Shown one piece after another: positions 25,274 to 39,131 of a stretch of DNA of 64,000 nucleotides. Numbering within the stretch: the first letter of the stretch is position 1; each line of letters begins with the position of its first letter. The stretch is from Catajapyx aquilonaris. Taxonomy: Eukaryota. A program made the translations under genes and the position numbers. Under the pieces are notes generated by a model. The model had not been told where the DNA came from. It saw only the letters and a list, made by a program, of their open reading frames with translations, and made no database searches. The stretch is from positions 1 through 64,000 of the forward strand of contig KZ539046.1 of NCBI GenBank assembly GCA_000934665.2, given 5' to 3'.

Positions 25274-26983
25274 TAGGGTCATTTTCATTTTTTTTTTGCG
25301 CATTTGCTGTGTCGATGTAGAAAAAATAATATTAATAACTGTGACCAATCCTGCAAGTCATTTTTCATTTACGTGAAAGAGACATTCATATGTGTTCATT
25401 TGATATCAAAAACATGGATTTGAATACATTCAGTCATAAGTAACTAAATAAAAAAATAATGATGAAAAGTGTATGGAAATGAGGTGAAGCCGATAGCAAG
25501 ATTAGTCCTTTGTGAATTTCATACAGCGGTGTCAGTACCCGGATTTTTGAACCCAATTTTTTTACGCTTGTTATCATTGGATACCCCAAAGTTTATACAT
25601 ATCATTGTCATTTAACATATAACTAAATTTTACAAATAATTTAAGCATGTGAAGCGTGCCACCGTCGCACTCTGTTACCATCTGACTGCCACCCTTGTAG
25701 GAACTTGTGAAATAGCTCAAAATAGGGCAGTAAAATGCCCAAGTGTAGCATAGATTCAGTCGCGATGGAATCATTTGTCAGTTGGAAGATGAGTGCTGGA
25801 CAAGGAGGAGGCGGGCCCTGTTTTCTCTGAAGGATGCTGCGTATTTTTTCTGCCTGTCACGTATGTTACCTTCTTAAATCCTATTTCACTGCATGTAATT
25901 GTCAAAGCTGAATTGAGCTTGTCGCATACTAAGGTCCCACCTCTTCAGGTACTAATAACTTTTCATAAAAAGAAATAGTCTGCGAGGAAAAAATTACTAC
26001 ATTCAATTTGTCACTGTCTGTTACTGTCACGTACGGTATGTTACCTACCATAGAGTAACATATGTGACGGGTTTGGTAACAAATGTGAATGATGACACCT
26101 ATTATGCTATAAGGCAGAACAGCCTAACATCTGTTTGATTTCATCATCGCAGCCGCATATTCGTAAGCACCCATGACTGTTGCCTATTATTGTCACCAAC
26201 AATAAGCAACAGCTATGGTTGTGATGGATGTTATCCGGCCCCCTTAATAATACGCCAAAGTCGTGGGCCGTGCGTGTGAGTATGGTTTCCCAACAGCAGA
26301 TACTATGTCACTATGACATCAAATAGAAGTTAGGCTGTTCAGCCTATAATATTGTGTTTAGATCATAATCACATTGCTCTCATTAATGGTGCCATATCAT
26401 ATTCATCATTTCTTGAAATGAGGAGTTGTCACATCTGTTACTAAATGCCACATCTGCTACCCAGGTGAGTCTTTACCATAGCATTAGAGTGGTATGAGGT
26501 ACTGTTAATTAAAGTATAGTAAGTGAAAGCCTCCCAGATGCCTTACATATTTAAAAATATTACACCTATGTGCATGAGATTCATAACTCTGAGTCGTAAG
26601 TGAAAAGTTGTGAAATTTTAATAATTCTCGTTACCAGCCACTCCTATCCACAACAATTGAGCCGAATTTCATGTTTCCTGCAAATAAAAAATAATACTCT
26701 CACGAGAGTGGTGCTCTCCACTGTATGGGAGCATTACAACTTCAAGATTACGTACACAGTGGTTTAAAAAAACATCCACACGATGGTAACAGAAGTGACA
26801 AAGGAAGCCACTATCCACTGTTAAATATGTAATATCAATTAAACTTCTCCGACCATATCATGTCCAACATGGGATTAAAATACTACAGATGATTCCAAAT
26901 CATGTGGTATAAGTAAAAACTATGACGTTATATTTCACAAACAAATATCTGGATTTGCGCAAAAAAAATTGAAAATGACCCTA
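25274..26983. mobile_element. About 1.7-kb non-autonomous TIR element (TAGGG termini, hAT-like)
   Basis: TAGGGTCATTTTCATTTTTTTTTTGCGCA / TGCGCAAAAAAAATTGAAAATGACCCTA; TSD not evident. Confidence 0.6.
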
Positions 26984-29900
26984 ATTGTTGTACTACAGTA
27001 TATTCTTCTCCATGGGGCTACATTTCGCTTCTCCTCCAAACCCATTATCCTGTATACTGTAAGTTGGAAAATTAACCAGCAAAGTGCAAACTGATGCTGA
27101 GTCACATTCACATGTACAGTACCCTACAGTATACAAATCGAGCATCATTATTGTGCATCAATAATGATGAATGATAGCCAATAATAATAATCACCAAAAT
27201 GCTTAGTAGTGAGTTTTGGCTTACCATGTGCGCAAGATATTCCACACGGAAACACTACGGGCCAGTCAACAGATTGATGCTTATATGAATCTTTCGTCTT
27301 CATAATTAACAATTCTAGTAATTATGTACAATTAGTTTAATGACCATTTCAATTTTACTGTGATAACGATTAAAACGCCATAGGAAAATGTTCATGTTAT
27401 ATGTTATATCCGATAAAGAGTTTTATTTTAATAAGTTTAATACACTGCAATAAAGAGAGAGATATTTGCATGTCATTGGAAACACATCAAAAAGCTCCAA
27501 AAATCGCCAAATAATTTGGATTAAAATTCAGGAGAATATTTTAACCACCATAGACGCCAAACTCCAACGACATTTGCCGTAATTTTGTTGGCACAGTTTT
27601 GAGGCAATGAGTTCCAAATGTGCACAATGATAATTCCAGTGATAGAAACGTGCTGAGCTGCAAATTCTCGCTCAAGCGAACACCAGTCGTTTCAATCACA
27701 TACGCGCTGCGTGATCAACTGGTACACCCCACTGTCGTCACCAACAAAAATTGATTTTCAATAAAACCTTGCCAGAGAATAATGACGTGAAATTGGCACA
27801 CCATCAGTTGACATGCACACTGCTGGATATAGCTATATGTGAGCGGCTGGGTTGTTTTCTCCAATCGAGGCGTGGCAGAGCAATGTGAGATGCAGGGCTC
27901 CAGCGATGCGGATCCAGAAGAATCCTCCGAGTATTGCGCGTGGATCGGTGGGCGTGTGTAAAGGCGCCGGCGCCCCCCGCATTTTCGGATAGCCACGCCT
28001 ACCAATCCCTTCACCCCCCCCCTCACTAACATTCCCCTCACCCCGCGCATGCTTTGTTCATGTACTGTACACAGCAGTCTATATAGATGAATATTGTCCT
28101 CTCATTTTCTTTTATTCTATCCGCTTATCCGGTGCACGTTTTGGTACCACCCGTAAGGCAAGGGATAATTTTTATACAACATACAGGGTGGGTTGTATCT
28201 TCGGTAGTAGTGTGGCAGGCTAGGCTATTTCTTGATCTCTTATTCCGCCTAAATATGACGTTTTTTGTGGATGGGAGGCGTCATTAAGGAGTGTAGAGTC
28301 AGTTCAATATATTCAAGATGTTACTACAGGAAATGCAATGGAACTCTGTAAAGCAGTCCGTTCAGCAAAACATTCCGTAAACTGAACAGCTTAGAGTTAC
28401 CATGGGATAAATATACATTGGAAATCATCCACTGACAACAAACCAGTGTTCTGTAATGGACAGGTTTCAACAGTATTCCTATATAGAGAGGTAGTTGTTG
28501 TTGTTGCTGCTGCTGCTGATGTTAAGAATTTCCATGTTATATGCACGTTTCAGTTCATACAATGAATATCCTTTGTGTCAAACCACATGTCAGACAGTGA
28601 TGGTTGACGGGTGGTAGGACGTAAAGGATGTATGGTAAAATACGATACTTTCCCTGTACTACAGTCACAATGCCTGATATCTCTCATCCAAAAACCACGC
28701 AGAGTTTTGTCCTCTCAGGGGCCAAAGAATCTCCCTATACCCTGACCATTAAGTAAGTTGATGGATCCATAAGTGGCTTATATAAAGAGTAACTTACTGT
28801 AATTTCTTTGCCAATATTTATGTAAAACTAATGAAGCTGTTCTCACTCACCTTTTAAGATAATTATAGCCTATTCAATTTTACCCAGCCGGGCTACATAC
28901 TCGTATCGCATTCACCGGCACGGTAATTCTCATAATCTCAATATGTACAGGTACTGTATGGTATGTGACCCTCATATCCGATGGGTGGTTTCCAGAAAAA
29001 TGAAAATGACACCCTTTCAGCTACGTAGCAAACAATATTGTATTACACAATATTATTGAATATGTGCGAGTGTAAAATGTATTAGGCTATATTATTATGA
29101 AATACATTTTGCCATTTATACAATAGGTAGAATCACTATAGAATGAGATATCACGTACCGGTGTGTTACAGTATGGCTGAAAGTCAAAAAAATTGAAGTA
29201 ATAATGATGGCATGAGAAAGGCCACACTCAAGCAGGTGTAAAAAATGGGCAACCTATTACGCAGTCACAGGAGTGAATAAGGCAAAAGAAATTATTACCA
29301 CTTCCGGCGATTTGAGCTTGGATTTGAGCTTAAATTGAGCCAAACCAAATGTACAAAAAAAATGATAAATACGAGCAGAAAAATTGCGGCCTAATTGGAT
29401 GCTTTGATACCACTCGCCACATATCCCTTCTTATTACACGCCGCATACACAATGGTTATGACCTTTTGTTGAAATGCATACAGTACGTGTCTCATGGAGA
29501 TGATGATTGCTGTGTTTGTTCCAATAATCCCTGAGAAGACTTCAAGAGTTCCTCACCTTCAATCGCTGTAGTAACTGATATATCGGCTTAGTCGGAAACA
29601 GTAATCGTATGTAAATGAATGACATTTATCACTTGATAAATGATATGGCGCAAAGCACAATGGGGCGTATCACCCTCAGTTCATTCTTATTGCGCACATA
29701 TGTATACAGTACAGTAGTCTTCATAATCATATATTCTTGTACGGAAAAGTTGAGAGCGGAAATGTGCTATTTACCAGCATGTAGGATACTGGTGCACTGT
29801 AGTAATTACCGTATTGCCATGTATGAACATTATTTTAAACAAAGTTTTCAGTTCACAACATTATGACCCAATGCTATTTCAGGTAAGGGTACTTTAGCCC

Positions 29901-32900
29901 TTGAAGTACCGTTAAAATTTGAAAAGAAATCACCACCAAGTAGCCAATTACGACCTGGTCGTTCCGTTGCGTGAACAAATGCAAAATAAGCATCGTTTAG
30001 CGTCACATATTTCGCTTCTGGTCGCCCCCCAAAAAACAGCTTTGAGGTTGGCCTTTGCAATCAAGAGCGGCCAGAAAACGAGAAGGGCCGGTTGGCGATA
30101 TATCAACATATGGCCTTTTTTTGGGGGGGGGGGAGGGGGGGGGACTTCCCCACCTCCCATTTCCCCACATCCGCTTGGCTTGTTCACACCTCCATCCCCG
30201 GGTTTTGCTGAGGGTGGAAATGCTGCAGTTTCCGACTCTCGGAAAAAGGAAAGGGGAAATTGAAAAATGAGCGCCCGGAACGTGGGTGCCTTCTCTGTCA
30301 TTAGGGAGGCCATGCCGTGGGAGGAGGGGTGGGAATAGTGGGGGGTGTAATTGAAACCGGAGCCCCGTATAAAAGCAGCTCCCGTGCTCTCATGCATGTG
30401 CACCACCCCCGACGCAGGAATATATATAGACGTCAGTCCAGCAAGGCGGATGAGCCTCATTATTTCTCGCAGCCGAGCCGCCGCATTTTATCCTCTCCTT
30501 TTTGTTGTCATCATCCGTCGACCCCTCGGTACAAAATTGCGTTTAATTGCTTGGCTTGTACCATGTTTGCACGCCTCTGAGCAGCCCCCACACGCGGTTT
30601 GACTGGAGCGCCATCGGTTGGTGAGGGGTTCCAACTATGTGTCCTGTACCCTTAAAGGAACTGGAAACGGTCCAGACGAAATCGATTCTATTTTTCTTCG
30701 CAGGGGCAGTTCCCTGGTGCGAACAGAGCAAACAGTGCGTTTCGAACCTAATGACGGGGCAGGTTGTCATTAGGGACCATTATTTTCAGGACGGGGGGGT
30801 GTTTTCCGAGTGGGTAGGTGCCAATGATAGTGTACATTATGGGTCTATGCGGGGAAAAGGTGGTTGCAGTTACTTCGTAGTAGGTAAAACTGATCAATCA
30901 TGTGGGACGCGGCTGAAACAAAAAGTGTTGGATAGTTTAAAAAAATATAAACAGCATTTTCAACAACACGTGATGTTATTCACATACTTCTTGTTTATGT
31001 ACCATTCACACTGGTGGAATAGTAATACAATAGTAAATTATAACCCCTAAAGTACATCACCTTTTTATGTGAGAATCAAATTTAGGCTATTACTGTTGAC
31101 GTGCTGGGTTACTGATTACAGCTCGATAGCTCAGTCTTAAAACATGCAAATCTGGGTTAGGGAAGCATGTAAGAAGGTGTGTCGTTCAGGCCATGAAGAG
31201 ATGATGTCTAAATGGGAATAACATGATGAGTAGTGTCAAATAAATTTTATATTGTGGCGACCTTTCTGCTATTGTTACTTTATTCTTACAGAGTTCAGCA
31301 AGCCGTATTGTACTGTTATACAGGCAGATGGAGCTGCACGACATCCTATAGTCCGCCCAAGCTATGTCTGCGTGGATTCATGGGATTTCCCTATACCTCC
31401 TCACTGGGGCCATCTCACCCTCTCTTCAACCAAATTATCCTGCGCTGAATTTGCTTATTAAAGAGGTATAGATTAACTATCTATTATGACACAATTTATA
31501 ATTTCCCAGCATTTATATAATTGCGTAAGTGGCAAAAATGTATCCGAACTTACCCCTCCACCTCACACTCTCCGCCTACCCACATTTTAAACAGGGCATA
31601 GTACAGGACACACCACACCGCAAATAACTGGCAAACTTGCGCATATACCTGCATAACTTGTGGACTATACTCCTGGTTCAATCTGCGATTGGCAACCCTC
31701 CTTCCAAAACCAGCAAAAACCCACACAAACATAACTCGGGCCGACTCTATAGTCAAATCTTCGTCACCTCTCTATATGGGCTGTACACTATGTTAAGACA
31801 TTACTCGGACATGCTCAAATATTGAGATGTTAAGCTAACTGTGCAAAGCACCCTTTGCCTTGTATAATCAAGTGACGTTGTCGTTTACAGCACCAGCATC
31901 TGCCAATACAACTGTTGGCTCGACTGATGAAAAGGGCCATAATACATTACATAATTTTTGCTGCTCATTTTAAAGTGATTCATAATGTAGCTTTTTTCGA
32001 AGGGGGAAAAGCTAGCTTTAGAATTTGTGATAACGTGAATTTGGGACACCATTATTCGGTTAGGTCAAAAGTATTAACTTCATCTCTACTAGCGAGAAAG
32101 AAAAAAAAAGAGTACAAATGGGGGTGAAATGAGGGTTTTGCTCTGCCGGCGCATAATTTCTCCCTAATTACCGATTCTGCCTTGACCTGAGCATGGAAAT
32201 AATTTTCACGTACTTAATGTGTCCCAATTATGAGAACAGCCGGACTGCCGGTCGGGCAGGCAGACACTACTGTTCCCATTGCAATGGGAGGATAATAACG
32301 CGCTTTCAGTGAAACTCCAACCATGCTATAAAAGAGTCATTCTTGCATGAAACAGTTTCGAATAGGGCTAAAATTGATGGCCGTTGTGCTCAAATCAACT
32401 TTTTGGAACAATTCCAACTGTGGTTTTAAAGGCTTGTTGTCCGATACGACATAAACTGTCACAATCGACGTTGCGGGATGATCCCTCCCTTTGAAATAAC
32501 AATTTCGGACAACATTGGGCAGGGGAGGAAGTACAATAAATAAAAGTATCTATAATCAACATCTATTTGGAGTCAGATCCATTTTCTTTGGCTCGTGTGA
32601 AGCGTTACCAAATGAGTGTCATTCGGTGCAGGCGGCTGATTCCCAAACGCCTCGGCTCCATTTTTACTAATGATACAGTGAGAGCTATGGAGGTGGGGGT
32701 TGGCTGGTGATCCTAATCTTCTTGTACCACTTAATCCACCCCTCCACTTCCCGTAACACCCGCCACTATCAAGTCCTCACTGGCATGTGCAGAGGTCCCA
32801 AATTGCCCGCGGAATCATCATGTAATTAGGGTTATTAGGTTTTATGTGATAGCTGACGTCACGAAAGTCGCGCATATTCGTGTCGGATTTCTGTCCAAGA

Positions 32901-34648
32901 AAATATCATTCACTGAATGAAGTTTATCAATTTGTGTTTTTTTGGCATTCTGTGGTGAGGACACTGATTTAAGTTTATTATTACTTGTATTATATTTAAA
33001 GAAATTACTGCTTATTAACGTACGTGGTGCGAAAATGAGAAGTAAATAGTCGAAATTATTGAATCCTCAAGAAGGTGTGTAAAAAAAATTTGGCCGTTTC
33101 AATATTTTAAAAATAGAACATACGTCTCCTTTGCTTTAGGCGAATTTTCCATTCGAACAGGCACATTTACAGCAAGGGGTTAACCACTCGACTGTAAAGT
33201 GTACACTGGAGTATCAGCAAAGATGAGATGAATGTAGTGCAGCATTAAATAAACTTGAAGATCACACCTCTAACTAAATCATGCGTCAAATCACTTGATC
33301 AAAGCTTAAATCGCCTATCTTATTGTTTCCTTGCGTAAAATGCATGACTATGACTGTATTTGTCAGCCACGATAATTGTTCAGTGATACCTGAGAAGACA
33401 CCGAGTTTTTCTCGGAGGCTGCGACGAGGTGTGACTAAATTGGACACGGTGCTGCCATCATATCCTGGCTTATAGGAAGTCGCAGGATGAACATCGATGC
33501 GAATATGCGCGACTTTCGTCGTGGTAATCAAGATGATCAGTCTGTGGTGTGGTATTAGGATTGGCAAAAACAGGTAGTGACAGCAGGAATAAGGTCAGGT
33601 ATAAAGATATGAATAAATTCCCTCGTATGCTACATGCATGCTCACTTGTACGGGAGTTTTTCTTAAATGACAGTAATGACTAGTACGCATTCATCTGTGT
33701 GCAATCCTATACTGTCAGCACTGGAGGATAATCTTGACAGGGATCAGAAGAAAACGTTAACGCTAGGCCGAGAACTCACCCTGTGGGTCCATGAAAAACA
33801 CGAACTGCCTGCCATTCACATGGAGACCGATTATTCACACATCATGTCCTATGATAAGTTAGAAGGTCCCTTTTTGGCAAACATTGCACAGCACTTTCAT
33901 TATTCATCAGTGTTATAAATATTTTTGTGTCTTTTGACTTCTGGTGGAGAAGTTTCATTGCACTTAAATTGTGCTGCCGATTTCAAGTACCTTATTAGTT
34001 GCCGTGTCACAAAAGTGAATATTCCCAGTTTTCGTGGATTAATTCAATATTTTAAAATGGATTTAGTTGCGAAAGCATGAGGTTGACCACAATATTGAAC
34101 ATAAAATATGTTCAAGTGTTCTAAGATACAGTAATGCGTTACTGATTAGTATTATGTTGGCAGTATCCTGCGAATTGTGTGTTTGGTTCCCTAGAGAGCA
34201 CTGTTGTTTGATTATCCACAAAATCGGGCCTGCGAAAGCCTTGTAATAAAAGCAAGGTTGAAGAATGACATTCTGCCGTCCTGCTCGCCTATATAGCTGA
34301 GCAATAACATGGTCGGCCAGTCATTCAAGTAAAACCAAATAAAGCTGTGTATTTTAAACGGTAGTTTTTCCAGTGGAATGTTGCTTTACTAGAACGATTG
34401 TGCGGTAGCCTCATGATGCAGTAAGACCAATGCTCAAGTTCACTAAATGTACTTCTTGGGCCGGGGACGCAGAACCTGATTGTTATACCTTTCATAATAT
34501 ATTGCGAACCTCAGTTGCTCAAAACTCAAATATCGCTTTACTCAGGCCATATTTTGTCAAATAAATAAGCAACCTCTCCGAAACCGCAACAAGCACTTGA
34601 AACCGGCAGACATTCACGTTAAAAAAAGAAACGTGTAGGAATTGTTGC

Positions 34649-35193
34649 CTAGCTTTGCGAAATCTGCGTCAGTTGAGGCAAAGGGCGCAGTGCCTGATGA
34701 AGTCCGGACGCAGAGGGCGACGTCGCCGACGTCCCTGCCCCGGGCAAACCGGCCTTCTCCAACTGCTGGTGCTGGCTCCGAATAGCGAACCGATTGACGT
34801 GGACCGGTATGGGTACCACAATCTTGGGCCCGGCGCCCGTGGGTCCGTTCCTGGATCCGGAGGTGAGGCCGGCCTTGACCCTCTTCCACTTGGCTCTCCG
34901 GTTCTGGAACCAGATCTTGACCTGGACCTCGCTGAGCTTGAGGCTATGCGCGATCTGGGAGCGTTCAGTCAGGCTGAGGTACTTCTTGGCGTGGAACTCC
35001 TTCTCCAACTCCAGGAGCTGTTCGCTGGTAAAGGCGGTACGACGTCGCCGGGTCTTACCGCCGCTGCCACCACCGTTGCTGCTGCTCACCTCCTTCTTGT
35101 CCGGGCCCATTGGAGTCGGGGAGGAGGGGCTGGAGCTGCCATCTTCACCTCTTTCTTCCGAACACTTCTGACTAGGCTTGGATTCCGACGGGT
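34649..35193 (-). CDS. unpg: unplugged/Gbx homeobox gene, coding exon 2 (homeodomain and C-terminus)
   Basis: Homeodomain [59 protein letters not shown] followed by the Gbx-diagnostic [21 protein letters not shown]; acceptor TTGTACTTTGCAG|AC; TAG stop at 34651-34649. Spliced CDS is 951 nt (316 aa). Confidence 0.97.
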
Positions 35194-35339
35194 CTGCAAA
35201 GTACAATGGGATGCAGCGACAATGGATGAAGCAACACCAGTGGAGCCTGTTGAAACAAATGGTTATAATGTCACCAATTGACAGTGGCACCATTGATGTG
35301 ACCAGCTGCCATTTTCCAACAATAGACTTTCAATTTACT

Positions 35340-35490
35340 CGCATATTGAGTTGAATATTTGCATCATTGGAAATGGACAAGGATAGGATTAGAGAGAGGA
35401 AGAATGGTCCAGCAATGTCGACTCCGTCCCCGCCGGGAATCGAACCCGGGACCTTCTAAGCACGCTCTGCCACTGAGCTACGGGGGACTC
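35340..35490 (-). mobile_element. tRNA-derived SINE or pseudo-tRNA in the unpg intron
   Basis: GTCCCCCGTAGCTCAGTGGCAGAGC...GGTTCGATTCCCGGCGGGGAC (35488-35426): A and B boxes and acceptor stem present, anticodon arm collapsed. Confidence 0.7.
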
Positions 35491-36865
35491 GAGTTGCTGA
35501 TGCTCATTGGTGCGTGACGGGAGGGATAAAAAAGGAAGAGGTGGGGACCGGGGAGGGGACCTCGGAAGGGGATTATATACATGGGAGGCGCGACATCCAA
35601 TTGCATTGCTTGATGCTGCTCATTTGCATAATTGCCCCCTCATGCGAAGGGCGTAAAAATCAATCATCGCGTGTCCATATCATCATAAGCACGGTGCCCG
35701 CCACCTTTCACTGCTTCTCCATTATTGATAGCTGAACGGAGCAAATTGGTGCGTCATCTTCCCAGGCCCAAGTGTGACTTTCACAGCCCTCTCACATACA
35801 TATTCATATACAGTATATACATGGCGCGAGGTGTGCCACGTTCACTCTCATATGCGTACCTCGAATTATCACTCGGGCCTACAGTTGTTTTTTTTTGTAT
35901 CAGTGCTCTGTCTGTAGAGTACTACTGTATTTGCGTGAACCACGCCGCTTGTGTGGCATCTCTTTGCTCAAAATAATATTCAAATTCTTGACTTGGTTTT
36001 ATTGTCAAATGATGATTTGCATATGGGGGGCTAAAGTGGGCCTCGGGATCTTTTACCCTCCCCTAAGTGGACCGCTGTCAAAAATGTAGGAGAAACACTG
36101 CTCTAAAGTATATGACCCTAATGTCATCAGAGCTCCGTGTCAGGAATGAAATCGCAATCACACTATAATTTAGCGTTCAAACATGAACTGCAGCATAAAA
36201 CCAATTTCCATTAACAATCAGCGTTCGTGTCTTGGAGATCAGTGTTATATTGCAAGATGACATTCAACGTTGCAGTATATTCAAATATGTTTCTTATATA
36301 AGTTGTATGTATTTTTCCGACTGCAAGGCCTAATTGTGGCGTTGTCAGCACTGTTGAATAATATAAATAACATCCTGTACCTCACACTTGTCTCCTGTAT
36401 CAACCCCGCTTGACGGTGATATGTGCTCTACAGGATATTTCCAATGTTGCCCATGCTAACTTAACCTGAACTGAATATTATTCCCCCCGTACGCCATATA
36501 CCGACGCAGTTTTCAACCAAAAATATTTTGGTCTTACACAGTCCACTGATTCGGCCTACCTAAAGAAAATGTTCAAGTTACTGACCACCCTGTATTCAAC
36601 TTTTATCATGCATGCATCAGGTCTCTGAATAAACCCACCTCTATACAGTATATGTGCACAAAATCGAATTTGGTTTCTCGGCTCATATACTTTATCTTAC
36701 AATAGCATTTACATCAGATGCACTCTTCAAATAGGACTTGGTAATTACTCTATGGTCAATATCGCTTCACATGTAATGAGGTAAAGTTTTCTCCTCGATT
36801 TTCTCTAGCATATCAATGAAAAAGGCTGTGTAGCAGTGAAAGAATCTTATATTGTATAGAGTGTA

Positions 36866-37041
36866 CAAGGGGAGTTCATAAAGTTCGCGCCTTTGGGTTG
36901 AAGGAAATGAGAGAAACGGTTCAAATTGCACACATGTATTAGTCCTTCTCTCTATATTAACTCTGAAAAGCCACACATTTTCTCCAGTGATTCACGACCT
37001 GTGGGACACCCCAAAGGCTCGAACTTTATGAACGCCCCTCG
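36866..37041. mobile_element. mariner-type MITE
   Basis: TA|CAAGGGGAGTTCATAAAGTTCGCGCCTTTGGG / CCCAAAGGCTCGAACTTTATGAACGCCCCTCG|TA. Confidence 0.85.
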
Positions 37042-38723
37042 TACAGTCACTTAAAGGAGTAAGGTACTCTCTTGGAGGCTAATTTCAACTTCGAATCTGC
37101 TATACTTCCCTCCTTTAACTGGCTGTACGCCTTGAAACACTATGGTATACTATCGCGAGCAAAGAGCTGGAGACGGCTATACTTACATGTTTGGTTTTTT
37201 TTATTGGAGGAGCGGAGGCAACTAATGCCATAAATGACACTATGCTACCGATAAATGAATTTCGACGAAGGTAAACCAGTCCTGTCCAAACTGTACTTAC
37301 TTCCCCCATCTCTGTTTAATGTTACAATTTGCTACTATATAGCATATTAGCATGTCTAACAAAAAAAAAAGAGTAACAGTGTATGGAGCCGTACTGTCCC
37401 TCGGCGAAACCTTACACCGAGGTGAAATAAATTGAATTGATTTATGCTACCGATTAATCTCGATCTTTCCGTGACCAGTCGTCTTCATCTTTTTGCTCGG
37501 TATAGTAGGCCTACATCAGTATTCAACTTATACTGTTACCACCTGTTTGTCTAAAACATAATAATCAGTGCTTGTCAAACAGTTCTAAGTTACTGTATAT
37601 GATTGCTACTGAGTTTGTTACTAACAAATAAGTTTCTTAAACACTACGCAGCATAGAGAATATTATGGAAATACTTTCAATATTATATCAAGGTCCCAAA
37701 TAATGCAGAGTTGCGCAATGTTAGATAGTTTTTATTTTCCACGCCCCCTCCCTCGGACCATATATCGGTATACAGTAGCCTACTTGTGATGGGAATCGGA
37801 TGTTTTCTTTCACAATACTGCCCTTAAAATGGCCTATATAGTTGTCGCTATACAATATGCAGTATTGCCATTCCAATATTATTATTGTGACTCGTAGATT
37901 TCATGGTTTCCCTTCTTTCTGGGAGTGCTTGATAAAAAATTAATAATTGAATTAAAGGAGTCGACCTTGCTAATATTTGGTCGAGTGGAAACAGTTTGTT
38001 AACCACTACAGCCTGAAAAAAGTTGGTTTGTCCTTGACCTCTGATGCCAATGTTTTCAAATGGAGCCCTACCAAAAGCCGTGGAAAGTCATTGCAATCTA
38101 TTCAGGGCCTGGACGAATGATTCCACATGCACCTGAAATTAGCACTAAAAGAAGACTGTTTGAAATGATAAGTATAGAGTAGTGCGAAAAATTGTTAATT
38201 GAAACAGATGTGAGTTTGGAAGAACCCGCTTGTAATGTCAATCGACGTAAAAGTTTATAGTGTGACATATTAATGGTTTGATATCATCGGAAGTGTGAGA
38301 AGTGTTGGAGGCCTCTTGTGCACAGTAATGTTATTCAAGCATGATAATTTTAAACTTTTGAAGGCGACCTAATAATAATTTATTCCACATGTCTTCATGA
38401 TAATTTAATTTTCACATTGTCCAGATATTAATGGCCATATATTATCTGCCCCATAATCATTCTCAACACTTGGGTGCCCGACAAAATAATATGGGAACAA
38501 TTTTTTTTCTTCAAACTTTAGTATTTCTTGAGGTTTGACAACCATGTTGGCACAGGAAAGCCCACGTTTAAGCTTTAAAGTCATCCTGCGTAATACAGTC
38601 ACCTACTACACTGTTTCAAAGAACGGAATGTAAATTATAGTACTTTATTTTGCCCAAGATAATCATCTGTTGCGGTCCAGTCTGATCCCGAAATCATAAA
38701 TTTTGTTTAATGTACTCATTGTG

Positions 38724-38976
38724 GGGGCGGCACGGTGGTGTATAGTGGTTATCGCCACAGCCTTCCACCTCTGAGGTCCCGATTTCGATCCCCGGGTCGG
38801 ACAGAGGATGCTTATGTGGATAGAGTTTCGATGCGCTGGGTTCTCTCCGTGTTCGCGTGGGTTTTCTCGGGGTTCTCCCGTTTCCTCCCACTATCAAAAT
38901 CCATGACAGAACAGGCAATGATTAAAGACGGTTGATTAAAATATTATTATTATTGTGGTTATTGTTATTATTATTA

Positions 38977-39020
<44 letters not shown>
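38724..39020 (+). mobile_element. V-SINE-like tRNA-derived SINE with an (ATT)n tail
   Basis: Head GGGGCGGCACGGTGGTGTATAGTGGTTA, B box TTCGATCCC, V-domain-like GTTCTCTCCGTGTTCGCGTGGGTTTTCTCGGGGTTCTCCCGTTTCCTCCCAC; 14-bp TSD ATGTA(C/T)TCATTGTG. A related fragment lies on the minus strand at about 44260-44314. Confidence 0.85.
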
Positions 39021-39022
<2 letters not shown>

Positions 39023-39085
39023 GTATTCATTGTGTTATGATATATGATACTCATTGTGATTAATTATTGCCTTAAAAATAATAAA

Positions 39086-39131
<46 letters not shown>

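Noticed and set aside
34655..35281. 208-aa plus-strand ORF and other ORFs overlapping the homeobox exon
   Set aside because: Antisense or alternative-frame shadows of the GC-rich unpg exon; no recognisable domain.
35194..35293. ORF-track N-terminus [10 protein letters not shown]... of the 214-aa homeobox ORF
   Set aside because: It lies upstream of a good acceptor (TTTGCAG) and is intronic; the true N-terminus is the eh1-containing exon at 45753-45348.
35426..35488. Functional tRNA gene
   Set aside because: The anticodon arm is truncated and the sequence continues into a SINE-like body.
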